Source: an uncultured Oscillospiraceae bacterium (GTDB lineage: Bacteria > Bacillota > Clostridia > Christensenellales > CAG-138). Taken from it: 64,000 nt of DNA. The position numbers and the translations under genes are program-made. Shown one piece after another: positions 18,334 through 27,055 of the stretch (within the stretch, counting starts at the first letter, position 1; every line of letters starts with the position of its first letter). The stretch covers positions 1,859 to 65,858 of the forward strand of contig CAZBBX010000009.1 in NCBI GenBank assembly GCA_964490325.1, given 5' to 3'. The notes beneath the pieces were generated by a model. The model had not been told where the DNA came from. It saw only the letters and a list, made by a program, of their open reading frames with translations, and ran no database searches.

Positions 18334-19241
18334 TCCTTGCAAAGGACGTTACCAAGCGCTTTGGCGACAAGGCGGCGCTGTATCAACTCAACTGCACGAT
18401 CCCCGCAGGCTGCGTCTACGGTCTTGTGGGAGCAAACGGTGCGGGCAAGTCCACCTTTCTGCGGCTGGCGGCGGGCATCTATCAGGCGGACGAGGGGGAG
18501 CTGACGCTGGACGGCAAGCGCGTCTTTGACGAGCCAGACAGCAAGCAGCGCGTTGCCTTCGTTCCCGACGAGCTGTACTTCCTGCCGGGCGCAGATCTAC
18601 AGCGCATGGTCAAGCTGTACGAGGCGGCCTATCCGCGCTTCGACCGCGCCTACTTTGACAAGCAATGCGCCGTGTTCGACCTGCCCAAGCGCAGCATAAA
18701 CGGCTATTCCAAGGGGATGCGGCGGCAGGCGGCGTTCCTGCTGGCGATGAGCTGCCGTCCCGACTATCTGCTGATGGACGAGACCTTTGACGGCTTGGAT
18801 CCCATCATCCGCAATCTGGTGCGCCGCCTCATCTACGAGGACGTGACGGAGCGGGGGCTGACGGCGGTGCTGACCAGCCATTCCCTGCGCGAGCTGGAGG
18901 ACACCTGCGACCAGCTGGCGCTCATCCATCAGGGCGGCATCGTGTTTGAAAGCGAGGTGGAGAAGCTCAAGACCAAGCTGTTCAAGGTGCAGATCGCCTT
19001 CAACGAGCCGTTCGACCAAAGCCGCTTTCAAGACTTCGACCTGCTGCAGTACAGGCAAAGCGGCAGCGTAGCGGGCTTCCTTGTGCGCGGCGATCGGGAA
19101 GATACGCGGGAGCGCCTCAGCGCCATGCAGCCCGTCCTGCTGGAGCTGCTGCCCTTGTCCTTGGAGGAGGTCTTTGTGTACGAGCTGGACGCGTTGGGCT
19201 ATGTGTTCGAGTCTGCGGCGAAGGAGGCGAGCAAGGCATGA
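18330..19241 (+). CDS. ABC transporter ATP-binding protein
   Basis: Walker A GANGAGKST, signature YSKGMRRQ, Walker B LLMDETFDGLD. ATGA overlap with the GntR gene. Confidence 0.9.
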   Translation: MILAKDVTKRFGDKAALYQLNCTIPAGCVYGLVGANGAGKSTFLRLAAGIYQADEGELTLDGKRVFDEPDSKQRVAFVPDELYFLPGADLQRMVKLYEAAYPRFDRAYFDKQCAVFDLPKRSINGYSKGMRRQAAFLLAMSCRPDYLLMDETFDGLDPIIRNLVRRLIYEDVTERGLTAVLTSHSLRELEDTCDQLALIHQGGIVFESEVEKLKTKLFKVQIAFNEPFDQSRFQDFDLLQYRQSGSVAGFLVRGDREDTRERLSAMQPVLLELLPLSLEEVFVYELDALGYVFESAAKEASKA

Positions 19242-21424
19242 AAAGGAGCTTCATAAAAACAGGCGTGGGGAACTTTTCCGCCATGTATTTTGAGAATCTG
19301 CGGCGCGTGCGCACGCTTGGCATCATCCTTACGGCGGTGCTGACCTTTGAAAGCCTGCTTACGGCGTTGGTGTATTCCCTGGTTACCGATATAGCGCCTC
19401 TTAGCAGGCTGTCGACGATCCTGGTCAACGCCATCCTCTTGGGCGTGGTGCTGAGCATGGTGCTTTATGGCTACGGCAACCACCGCAACAAATCGGACTT
19501 CTACTTTGCCATTCCGCAAAGCCGCGACGGGCTGTATCTGGCAAACGGCTTGGCGGCGCTCACTTGGACGATGCTGTCCATCATCACAGAGCTGCTGTGC
19601 GTGAGCATCGTCTATGCGGCGTTCGGCGTGACCCTCAACCCTGCAAGCCTGCTGCTGGTGCTGCTTGGCTGCCTGCTGGTCGGCTTGCTGACCATCACCG
19701 CCATGGGCGTGGGCTGCGCCGTAACGGGTCGCGGCTTCTCCGCCCTTGTGACGGGTCTCCTTCTTCTTCTCCTGCCCCGCATCCTCTTTACTTCCATGGA
19801 GCTGACGGTGAAGATGCTTGCGCCCACGGTGGCGAAACTGCAGTTTCCCTTCTTCCTGGACGGGTATCAAATGGCCTTTGGGGCCTTCACAAGTCTCCTC
19901 TCGGGGGGAGCCTCGCTGCTCAAGAACGGCTGGCACTACCTGTACAGCCTTGTGCTGGCGGCGCTGCAGCTTTGGCTGGGGCTGATCCTGTATCGCAGAC
20001 GTCCCGCCGAGGCCTGCGGCGATGGCTTCGTGTCCGTAAGGGCAAGGAACATCGTGTCGGGACTGACCGCCTGCACGGTGCTTGCACCCGTGGGCTGCCT
20101 GATCCCTGCGCTGCTGCTGGCAAAGGACGAAAGGACGGGGCTGGTCGTCCTGCTCATCGTATTTGTCATCATTGCGCTGCTGATCTATGGCTTGGTGCAG
20201 CTTACCGCCCGCAGCCGCTGGCGCGGGCTTGTACGCGGCCTTGGATATTTCGGCCTGTCCGCGGCGCTCAGCATCCTTGTGATGCTGCTGGGTTGGGGCG
20301 TGGGTACCATCGAGCAGCGGCGCGAGGTCCAACAGGAGGATATCCGCTCCATCGAGCTGGTTCGCGAAGACCAGAACAGCGTCCTTGAACCCGTCCTTGC
20401 AATAATGCTCGGCTACTATAACGATGGATATCCGTATCGAACCCTGTGCTCTCCCTATGTAGACGTCACCAACGATGCGACCTGCCGCATCGCGGCGCAG
20501 ACCCTCAGGGACGATCGCTACCTGTACGACAGCGCGGCGCGAAAGGGACAGTCGGGCACGGACTATCTGGACACGCTGCTGTTTAGCAACACGACTACCA
20601 ACAATTCTTCATCCTTGAACCTGCGCATCACGCTAAAGAGCGGTGCCGTGCTGACCCGGGAGCTGCAGATGTACAGCGATGATTATGACGTCTTTACGGA
20701 GGCGGCCAAGGGCAGCGAGGGTTATATAGCCTATCAGAAGGCCATGCCGACCGACAAGGAGATCCGCTCCTGCAGCTTTACAGATCTTGCGGTGGGGGAG
20801 GACTTCGATCAGGCGGCCTTCCTTTCGACTTATCGCAGCGAGTATACGGGCGCGGAGGGTTCCATGGACGCGTTGGCGTTCACCCTGCGCGGCTGCAGTC
20901 ATGCGGACAGCTACAGGCAGACCTACTATGTGACGCTGTATGACACGCCCAAGTCGGCGCGCCTCCTTATGGACGCGGTCAATGAGGCAGGGGCAAAGGC
21001 TTTGCAGACCTGCGGCAATTACAGCATGTGGAGCACATATGCGGCGGTGCATCTGTATGACTATGATCGGCGTCTGGTGCTGACCCTCCATGAGGATTCG
21101 GCGTTGGATACCACGTTGACCGTTGCTCCCTTCGAGGCGTATGGAGTCTACGGTTACGATTCAGCGTATGACGAGTACGCGGTGGCGGTGGACGGCAAAG
21201 ATACCGGGGAGCAGGCGCTGCTTGCGCGCAAGTCCGACGTGGTAAAGCTCCTTAAGACGCTGCCCCTTGCCACGGCGGAGACGGAGAACATCCTGTCGCT
21301 GCGTTGGACGGCATACACGGACGTCGCCACATACACAAGGCAGGATTACTGCGTATGGCTTGCGCCCACAAGGGAGCAGATGAACGCCCTTTACGCGCTG
21401 TTTGGCTGCGACCCCGACGCATAA
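19238..21424 (+). CDS. ABC-2-type transporter membrane protein with large C-terminal extracytoplasmic domain
   Basis: 728-aa ORF. About 370 aa are polytopic membrane region, followed by about 350 aa of soluble region. ATGA overlap with the ATPase gene. Confidence 0.65.
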   Translation: MKRSFIKTGVGNFSAMYFENLRRVRTLGIILTAVLTFESLLTALVYSLVTDIAPLSRLSTILVNAILLGVVLSMVLYGYGNHRNKSDFYFAIPQSRDGLYLANGLAALTWTMLSIITELLCVSIVYAAFGVTLNPASLLLVLLGCLLVGLLTITAMGVGCAVTGRGFSALVTGLLLLLLPRILFTSMELTVKMLAPTVAKLQFPFFLDGYQMAFGAFTSLLSGGASLLKNGWHYLYSLVLAALQLWLGLILYRRRPAEACGDGFVSVRARNIVSGLTACTVLAPVGCLIPALLLAKDERTGLVVLLIVFVIIALLIYGLVQLTARSRWRGLVRGLGYFGLSAALSILVMLLGWGVGTIEQRREVQQEDIRSIELVREDQNSVLEPVLAIMLGYYNDGYPYRTLCSPYVDVTNDATCRIAAQTLRDDRYLYDSAARKGQSGTDYLDTLLFSNTTTNNSSSLNLRITLKSGAVLTRELQMYSDDYDVFTEAAKGSEGYIAYQKAMPTDKEIRSCSFTDLAVGEDFDQAAFLSTYRSEYTGAEGSMDALAFTLRGCSHADSYRQTYYVTLYDTPKSARLLMDAVNEAGAKALQTCGNYSMWSTYAAVHLYDYDRRLVLTLHEDSALDTTLTVAPFEAYGVYGYDSAYDEYAVAVDGKDTGEQALLARKSDVVKLLKTLPLATAETENILSLRWTAYTDVATYTRQDYCVWLAPTREQMNALYALFGCDPDA

Positions 21425-21443
21425 GGGAAAAAGGCATGAAAAA

Positions 21444-21475
21444 GCGCCCCGCCGTAAGGCGGGACGCATTTTTTG
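21444..21475. terminator. bidirectional rho-independent terminator
   Basis: GCGCCCCGCC-gtaa-GGCGGGACGC flanked by an A-run upstream and a T-run downstream. Sits between convergent genes. Confidence 0.75.
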
Positions 21476-21488
21476 TCGATCGGGTGAA

Positions 21489-21776
21489 TTAATAACGACG
21501 ATGGTCGTCTCTGCGCTTTGCGAAGCACTCGCTGCAGTAGATCGGCTTGTCATTGCGAGGCTGGAACGGCACCTTGGTGGGCTTACCGCAGCTTGCGCAG
21601 ACGGCGTCGAACATTTCGCGGCTATCCGTACGCGGTTTCTTGCGGGCGCGTCTGCACTCGGGGCAGCGAAGGGGCTCGTTTTGGAAGTTGTTTTGTGCGT
21701 AGAACTCCTGTTCCCCTGCGGAAAATACGAATTCCCTACCGCAATCCTTGCATACCAATACCTTGTCTTCGAACAT
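21489..21776 (-). CDS. zinc-ribbon domain protein (three CxxC pairs)
   Basis: 95-aa ORF MFEDKVLVCKDCGREFVFSAGEQEFY...RCPECRRARK...CASCGKPTKVPFQPRNDKPIYCSECF. Confidence 0.8.
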   Translation of the reverse strand: MFEDKVLVCKDCGREFVFSAGEQEFYAQNNFQNEPLRCPECRRARKKPRTDSREMFDAVCASCGKPTKVPFQPRNDKPIYCSECFAKRRDDHRRY

Positions 21777-21811
21777 TGTTTTTTCCTTCCGTGGACTCCA
21801 TTAGAATTTTG

Positions 21812-22031
21812 TGACATCCTTGATCGGCTGACCTGGTCTTTAACCCCACACTCGCCGACAGGAGGGTTCGCTCATAAGCTTTCGCTCCCCACTACTGCCT
21901 CTCTCGACGGTCGCCCGTCGGTCGGACTTACTTCTAAGCCGCACCGTGCTCGCGGACATTTGCCCGTTTACGTGGATCGTTTCGCCTGCGACTGGCATCG
22001 ACTTGCAACCACAGACCCAATCTCGGATACC
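21812..22031 (-). ncRNA. candidate structured RNA / long structured 5' leader of unknown class
   Basis: GC-rich block between AT-rich flanks, beginning about 6 nt after a consensus promoter. The 5' end (plus-strand coordinates 22013-22028) is complementary to the 3' end (21816-21839). Internal hairpins include CGACGG-GCGA-CCGUCG (21905-21920) and GGCUUA-GAAG-UAAGUCC (21924-21940). No ORF. Confidence 0.45.
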
Positions 22032-22036
22032 CTAAC

Positions 22037-22065
22037 ATTATAGCGTCATGGAAGACCAAATGCAA
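22037..22065 (-). promoter_or_regulatory. sigma70 consensus promoter (TTGCAT-17-TATAAT)
   Basis: On the minus strand: TTGCAT (22060-22065), 17-nt spacer, TATAAT (22037-22042). Confidence 0.6.
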
Positions 22066-22146
22066 TGATTATTTTTGCCAAAACCCGTCAATTTAGGGCG
22101 ATGTAAGCAAAATATACAATTATTTGACCTTCCACATATCACTTTA

Positions 22147-22734
22147 TCAATGTTTAGATGCAGAAATATGGGGGTCAGGGCGTTCTAAGTACTGGGCGCG
22201 GGGTCCGCCGACATACTTGGGACGGCTGTAAGCAAGCACAAGGTTCGCTTCCCCGATGCGTCTTAGGGTGCTGTGAACGGGTACCGCCACGCAATGCAGG
22301 TGCATACCAATGAGCGTGTCGCCCACATCCATGCCCAGCGTAGCCTGCCCCTTCAGATCCTCCGCCATCCGCGCCGCATCCCCGCGCCGCAGGAAGGTCT
22401 CCGTCACGCAGGCGCCGCCCGCATGCAGCCAAGGCTTGACCCACACCTGCTGCAGGTCGAACGCCTTGAGGCAGTCGGCGCTCACGCAGAGGGAACGGTT
22501 GATATGCTCGCAGCCCTGTACCGCAAGGTACAGCCCCGCTTCCTCGACAAGGGGCAGCACGCCGTCCAGCAGCGCCCTTGCGGCGTCCTCGCTTGAGGCG
22601 GAGCCGATGCGCTTGCCCAGGATCTCACTGGTGGAGCAGCCCAGCACCATCAGCGACCCGCGCTGCGGCTGTGCGGCGTCCAACAGGATGCGCAGCGCCT
22701 CCTCAGCCTGCGACTTGATCGTATCGTGATCCAT
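22147..22734 (-). CDS. UPF0340/TIGR01440 (DUF436) family protein
   Basis: 196 aa from ATG 22734 (GGAGG upstream): MDHDTIKSQAEEALRILL...LMVLGCSTSEILG...AVQGCEHINRSL. The track ORF is extended to 22983 through the repeat element. Confidence 0.8.
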   Translation of the reverse strand: MDHDTIKSQAEEALRILLDAAQPQRGSLMVLGCSTSEILGKRIGSASSEDAARALLDGVLPLVEEAGLYLAVQGCEHINRSLCVSADCLKAFDLQQVWVKPWLHAGGACVTETFLRRGDAARMAEDLKGQATLGMDVGDTLIGMHLHCVAVPVHSTLRRIGEANLVLAYSRPKYVGGPRAQYLERPDPHISASKH

Positions 22735-22778
22735 GATCGGTAAACCTCCATTTCCCGCGTCAGTATAGCACGCTTTTC

Positions 22779-22996
22779 CCACTCTGTCAAAAATAGGGGT
22801 ACGGACTGACCAAAAAGCAACCGTCGGATCGCTCCGCCGATCCGACAACGGAACAAACAAGAGAACCGCCGTCAAATTCGTCGAAATCGGCGACCGGCGC
22901 GGCGGTTTCGACACCTTGCTTGCCCTTTTGGGCCTCCAAAATGGCAAGAGAAAGCCCTGCCGAAGCAGCCCGTCAAAAAGCATCGTTTTTTGACGG
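22779..22996 (-). repeat. multi-hairpin intergenic repeat element, copy 2 (inverted orientation)
   Basis: H4 GTCGGATCGctccgcCGATCCGAC (22823-22846), H2 CTTGCCCTTTTGG-gcct-CCAAAATGGCAAG (22919-22948), H1 CGTCAAAAAGCATCGTTTTTTGACG (22971-22995). Collinear with copy 1 when reverse-complemented. Confidence 0.85.
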
Positions 22997-23017
22997 AAGA
23001 GGTGGTATACTGTATTT

Positions 23018-24016
23018 ATGGAATGGACGGACTTGCTATTAGACTGGTACGATCAGAACAAGCGGACGCTGCCTTGGCGCGACAGCGGCGACCCATACAA
23101 GGTCTGGGTGTCGGAGATCATGCTGCAGCAGACCCGCGTGGCGGCGGTGATCCCGCACTATCTGCGCTTTATGGAGGCGCTGCCCACCATTGCGGACTTA
23201 GCCGCCGTTGATGAGGAACGCCTTGACCGCCTGTGGCAGGGCTTGGGCTACTACAGCCGCGCCCGCTCCCTGCGGCGCGCCGCGCAGCTCGTCACGGAAA
23301 ATTTCGGCGGTGAGCTGCCGCACACCGCGGCGGCGCTTCTTACGCTGCCGGGCATTGGCGCATACACGGCGGGAGCCATCGCCTCCATCGCCTTTGATGA
23401 GCGAACGGCAGCCGTGGACGGGAACGTGCTGCGCATCTACTTAAGGCTGAACAACGATCCAAGGGACGCAGCGGAGCCAAAGCTTCGTACCGAGATCGCG
23501 CTTCGCCTTACCAAGGAGCTGCCCGAGCGGGCGGGGGACTTCAACCAAGCCCTGATGGATCTGGGCGCAATGGTGTGCCTTCCTAACGCCGAGCCGCAGT
23601 GCAAAAGCTGTCCCCTTAGGGAGCGCTGCTTGGCGCACGCGGCGGGTACGGCGCGGGAGCTGCCCTACAGAAGAAGCAAGCAGCCGCGCCGCACGGAGGA
23701 AAGGACGGTACTGGTACTGCGCACGGACAAGGGCGTCCTGCTGCGCCGCCGTCCAAAGACGGGACTGCTTGCGGGGCTGTACGAGCTGCCAAACGAGCTT
23801 GGTCTGCTGTCCGTGGAGCAGGCGGTGCAGGCGATGACACAGCTTGGACTGCGCCCCGTTTCGGATCTGCGCTTTTATAAGCGCCGCCATATCTTTACGC
23901 ATATCGAGTGGCACATGCAGGTGTACAGCTGCGACGTTTCGGGCGAACCCAAGGCGGGGCTTGTCCCCTCTGACGGTTCACAGGCGCTGCCAACGGCGTT
24001 TGCCTGCTGCCTTTAG
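23018..24016 (+). CDS. mutY: A/G-specific adenine DNA glycosylase
   Basis: LLDWYDQNKRTLPWR, PYKVWVSEIMLQQTRV, a 4Fe-4S Cys cluster (C..CKSCPLRERC) and a NUDIX-like C-terminal domain. Confidence 0.92.
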   Translation: MEWTDLLLDWYDQNKRTLPWRDSGDPYKVWVSEIMLQQTRVAAVIPHYLRFMEALPTIADLAAVDEERLDRLWQGLGYYSRARSLRRAAQLVTENFGGELPHTAAALLTLPGIGAYTAGAIASIAFDERTAAVDGNVLRIYLRLNNDPRDAAEPKLRTEIALRLTKELPERAGDFNQALMDLGAMVCLPNAEPQCKSCPLRERCLAHAAGTARELPYRRSKQPRRTEERTVLVLRTDKGVLLRRRPKTGLLAGLYELPNELGLLSVEQAVQAMTQLGLRPVSDLRFYKRRHIFTHIEWHMQVYSCDVSGEPKAGLVPSDGSQALPTAFACCL

Positions 24017-24084
24017 GCTATGGACAGCATCAAAGCGCGGGGAAGCGCATAGATTGTCGCAAACGGAGCTTAGGGGGTCGGATC

Positions 24085-25371
24085 ATGCCGCTTTTGCGAT
24101 ATGGAGACAAGGGCGTGTTCGTGCGCTATCTGCAGCTTGCGCTCAAACGTGCGGGATACAAGACGGGAGAGATCGACGGCATCTACGGACGCCGCACACT
24201 GGCGGCGCTGACCGCCTTTCAGCAGGAGAACGGCCTTGCCGCAGACGGCATTGCGGGGCGGCTCACTTGGTCGGCACTGTACCCCTATCTGGCGGGGTAT
24301 CGCCCCCATGTGACGGCGTCGGGCGACAGCTACTATAAACTGGCAAAGCGCTACGGCACGAGCGTGACGGCCATCGAGCGGGCAAATCCGAGCTATCAGG
24401 CGGCGAATCTGCCCGTAGGCGTTACGCTTGTGATCCCGCTGGACTTTTCCGTCGTATCCTTTGAGGTACCCTACAGCAGCGCCTATACGCGCATCGTACT
24501 GGACGGTCTTGCTGCACGCTATCCCTTTATTCACCTTTCCTCCATCGGCGTGAGCGTGATGGGCAAAAAGCTCCACTGCGCGGCGCTGGGGACGGGGGGA
24601 AGGGAGATCGCCTGCAACGCCTCGCACCACGCCAACGAGTGGATCACCACGCCCTTGACCTTACGCTTCCTTGAGGAGTACGCTGCGGCGGTGGCGGCGG
24701 ATGGGCTGATCTATGGCTTTTCCGCCCGTGCTCTGTACGAGGCCACCGTCCTGTACATAACGCCCTTGGTCGATCCCGACGGCGTGGATCTGGTGACGGG
24801 GGCGCTGCCAAAGGACGACAGCTGGTATCGGCAGGCGGAGGCACTGGCGGCCTACTATCCGTCCATCCCCTTTCCCAACGGCTGGAAGGCCAACATCGTG
24901 GGCGTCGATCTGAATTTGGGCTACCCGGCGGGCTGGGAGGAGGCGCGGCGAATTAAATTTGCGGCGGGCTACACGCGGCCGGGGCCGAGGGACTATGTGG
25001 GCACGGCGCCCCTGACCGAGCCGGAGAACATCGCCATGTACGAGTTCACGCTTGCGCATGACTTTCGCCTTACCCTGTCCTACCACACGCAGGGCAGCGT
25101 GATCTACTGGAAGTACGACGGCTACGAGCCTGCCCGCTCCCGCGTGATCGCGGACGCGTTTGCACAGGCCAGCGGCTACTTGGTGGAGGATACGCCCTTT
25201 GCAAGCGGGAACGCGGGCTATAAGGATTGGTTCATTCAGACCTACGATCTGCCGGGCTATACCATCGAGGCGGGCAGAGGCGTCAGCCCCCTGCCGCTCA
25301 GCGACCTTCCCAAGCTCTATCGGGAGAACGAGGGGATCTTTGCCCTTGCGCTGCTTTTGAGCGCACCGTAA
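24085..25371 (+). CDS. peptidoglycan-binding + LysM + M14 zinc carboxypeptidase-like protein (gamma-D-glutamyl-diamino acid endopeptidase type)
   Basis: PG_binding_1 repeat (GDKGVFVRYLQLALKRAGY...GIYG), LysM (YYKLAKRYGTSVTAIERANP) and an M14 HxxE motif (HHANEWITT). Confidence 0.8.
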   Translation: MPLLRYGDKGVFVRYLQLALKRAGYKTGEIDGIYGRRTLAALTAFQQENGLAADGIAGRLTWSALYPYLAGYRPHVTASGDSYYKLAKRYGTSVTAIERANPSYQAANLPVGVTLVIPLDFSVVSFEVPYSSAYTRIVLDGLAARYPFIHLSSIGVSVMGKKLHCAALGTGGREIACNASHHANEWITTPLTLRFLEEYAAAVAADGLIYGFSARALYEATVLYITPLVDPDGVDLVTGALPKDDSWYRQAEALAAYYPSIPFPNGWKANIVGVDLNLGYPAGWEEARRIKFAAGYTRPGPRDYVGTAPLTEPENIAMYEFTLAHDFRLTLSYHTQGSVIYWKYDGYEPARSRVIADAFAQASGYLVEDTPFASGNAGYKDWFIQTYDLPGYTIEAGRGVSPLPLSDLPKLYRENEGIFALALLLSAP

Positions 25372-25378
25372 AACGCAC

Positions 25379-27049
25379 TTGCGGGAAACAAAACCAAATG
25401 CTATACTCAATACCGTGGAAACAAAAGGCAGAACAAATTTAATTCGCGGCGCGGCCATCTTAAGCCTTGCGGGCATCGTCTGCAAGGTACTGGGCGTACT
25501 CATCCGCAGCTGGGCGTCCGCCGTCATCGGTGTGGACGGCATGGAGTACTACGAGATCGTCTTCCCGTTCTACTCTTGGCTGCTGATCCTATCCAGCTCA
25601 GGCATCCCCACCGCCATCTCGCGCATGGTCGCAGAGCGCGTGTCGTTGGGCGACCACGCGGGAGCGCGCAGCGTCTTTCGCCGTGCGCTGCTGATCCTCA
25701 CGCTGCTTGGACTTGCGTCCACCGCCGTTTTGTTCTTCGGCGCGGACTTCTTTGCGGTGCAGTTCTTGGGCAAGGGACAGGAGCTGTCGCTGTCGTTCAA
25801 GGCGCTTGCGCCCGCGCTGTTCTTTGTGTCGGTGCTCTGCGCCTATCGCGGCTATTTGCAGGGCTTGCAGCTGATGACGGGCACGAGCGTGTCGCAGATC
25901 GCAGAGCAGGTGTTCAAGTGCGCCATTGGGCTGCTGCTGGCCTCGCGTTGGATCTCCCGCGGCCCCGCATGGGGCGCTGCCGGTCTGCTGGTGGGCATCT
26001 CCGTCTCCGAATTGGCGGCGCTTATCATCATGCTGCTGTTCACGCTCAAAAATCGCCGCGTCCTTATGCCCTTGGGGGCGCCCAAGGAAGCGGTGTACAA
26101 TAAGCGCATCCTTTCCACCCTGTTCAAGATTGCCATTCCCATCACCATAGGCGCGTCCGTGCTGCCGCTTACCAGTATGCTGGACGTGAAGATGATCTAC
26201 TACTTCCTCGAAAAGTACCTGTCCGCAGAGGATGCGCGCTACTGCTATGTCGCACTCAGCACCTATGTGCGTTCCCTTATCAACCTTCCCGCGTCGCTGA
26301 CCACTGCGCTGGCCATCAGCATCGTGCCGTCCCTGTCCGCAGCCCGCGCCAAGCAGGATCTCAAGAGCGTCAACGAGCTGTCCCGCCTGAACGTCAAGCT
26401 GGCGATGGTGGTTGGCCTGCCCTGCGCGGCGGGGCTGTTCGTGCTGGGCGGTCCCATCATTCAAATGCTCTTTCCCAGCATCGAGCAGCGCTCACTGGAG
26501 ATCGCCGTTCCGCTGATGCGCATCGCCTCCATCTCCGTCATCTTCATCTCGCTCACGCAGGCGGTCACGGGCGCCTTGCAGGGCGTGGGCAAGCAGCGCC
26601 TGCCCGTGTACTTCCTTGCCATCGGCGCGGCGCTGAAGGTGCTGTGCAACGTCCTGCTTTTGAGCATCCCTTCCATCAACATCAAGGGCGCTTCCATCTC
26701 GAACATCGTCTGCTACGGCGTGGCGGGCATACTGGACACGATAGCCCTTGTGCGCGCCGTCAAGCTCAAGCTGCATCCCGTTGGCACGTTTCTAAAGCCC
26801 CTCATCGCCTCCGTGCTCATGGGCGCGGTGGTGTACTTCGTGTACAAGCTGCTGTACGCTTGGCATCCGGGGACGATGGTGACGCTTTTAGCGGTGCTGG
26901 TGGGCGTGATCGTGTATGCCGCGCTGCTGTTTGCCCTGCGCATCTTTGATGCGGAGGAGCTGATCTATGTGCCGGGCGGCACAAGGCTCAAGCGCTTTGT
27001 CCGCGCACAAAAAAAGAGCGCGGAGGAGCCTCCCGCTCCCAAGGAGTGA
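25379..27049 (+). CDS. MOP-superfamily polysaccharide/lipid II flippase-like protein (YabM/SpoVB/MurJ-like)
   Basis: 556-aa polytopic ORF located upstream of mazG and hup, as yabM is in Bacilli/Clostridia. The start is uncertain (TTG at 25379 or GTG at 25415) and there is no strong RBS. Confidence 0.7.
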   Translation: MRETKPNAILNTVETKGRTNLIRGAAILSLAGIVCKVLGVLIRSWASAVIGVDGMEYYEIVFPFYSWLLILSSSGIPTAISRMVAERVSLGDHAGARSVFRRALLILTLLGLASTAVLFFGADFFAVQFLGKGQELSLSFKALAPALFFVSVLCAYRGYLQGLQLMTGTSVSQIAEQVFKCAIGLLLASRWISRGPAWGAAGLLVGISVSELAALIIMLLFTLKNRRVLMPLGAPKEAVYNKRILSTLFKIAIPITIGASVLPLTSMLDVKMIYYFLEKYLSAEDARYCYVALSTYVRSLINLPASLTTALAISIVPSLSAARAKQDLKSVNELSRLNVKLAMVVGLPCAAGLFVLGGPIIQMLFPSIEQRSLEIAVPLMRIASISVIFISLTQAVTGALQGVGKQRLPVYFLAIGAALKVLCNVLLLSIPSINIKGASISNIVCYGVAGILDTIALVRAVKLKLHPVGTFLKPLIASVLMGAVVYFVYKLLYAWHPGTMVTLLAVLVGVIVYAALLFALRIFDAEELIYVPGGTRLKRFVRAQKKSAEEPPAPKE

Positions 27050-27055
27050 TATTCC

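Noticed and set aside
21812-22031. Assignment of the structured RNA candidate to RNase P RNA, tmRNA, SRP RNA, 6S RNA or a known riboswitch
   Set aside because: The hallmark sequences I remember are absent: GAGGAAAGUCC for RNase P, the tRNA-like CCA end and tag ORF for tmRNA, GGAAGCAGCC for SRP, the B12 box, the T-box, and the c-di-GMP, glycine and SAM cores. The multi-hairpin layout is also unlike the 6S rod. It is left unclassified, not excluded. An Infernal scan is needed.
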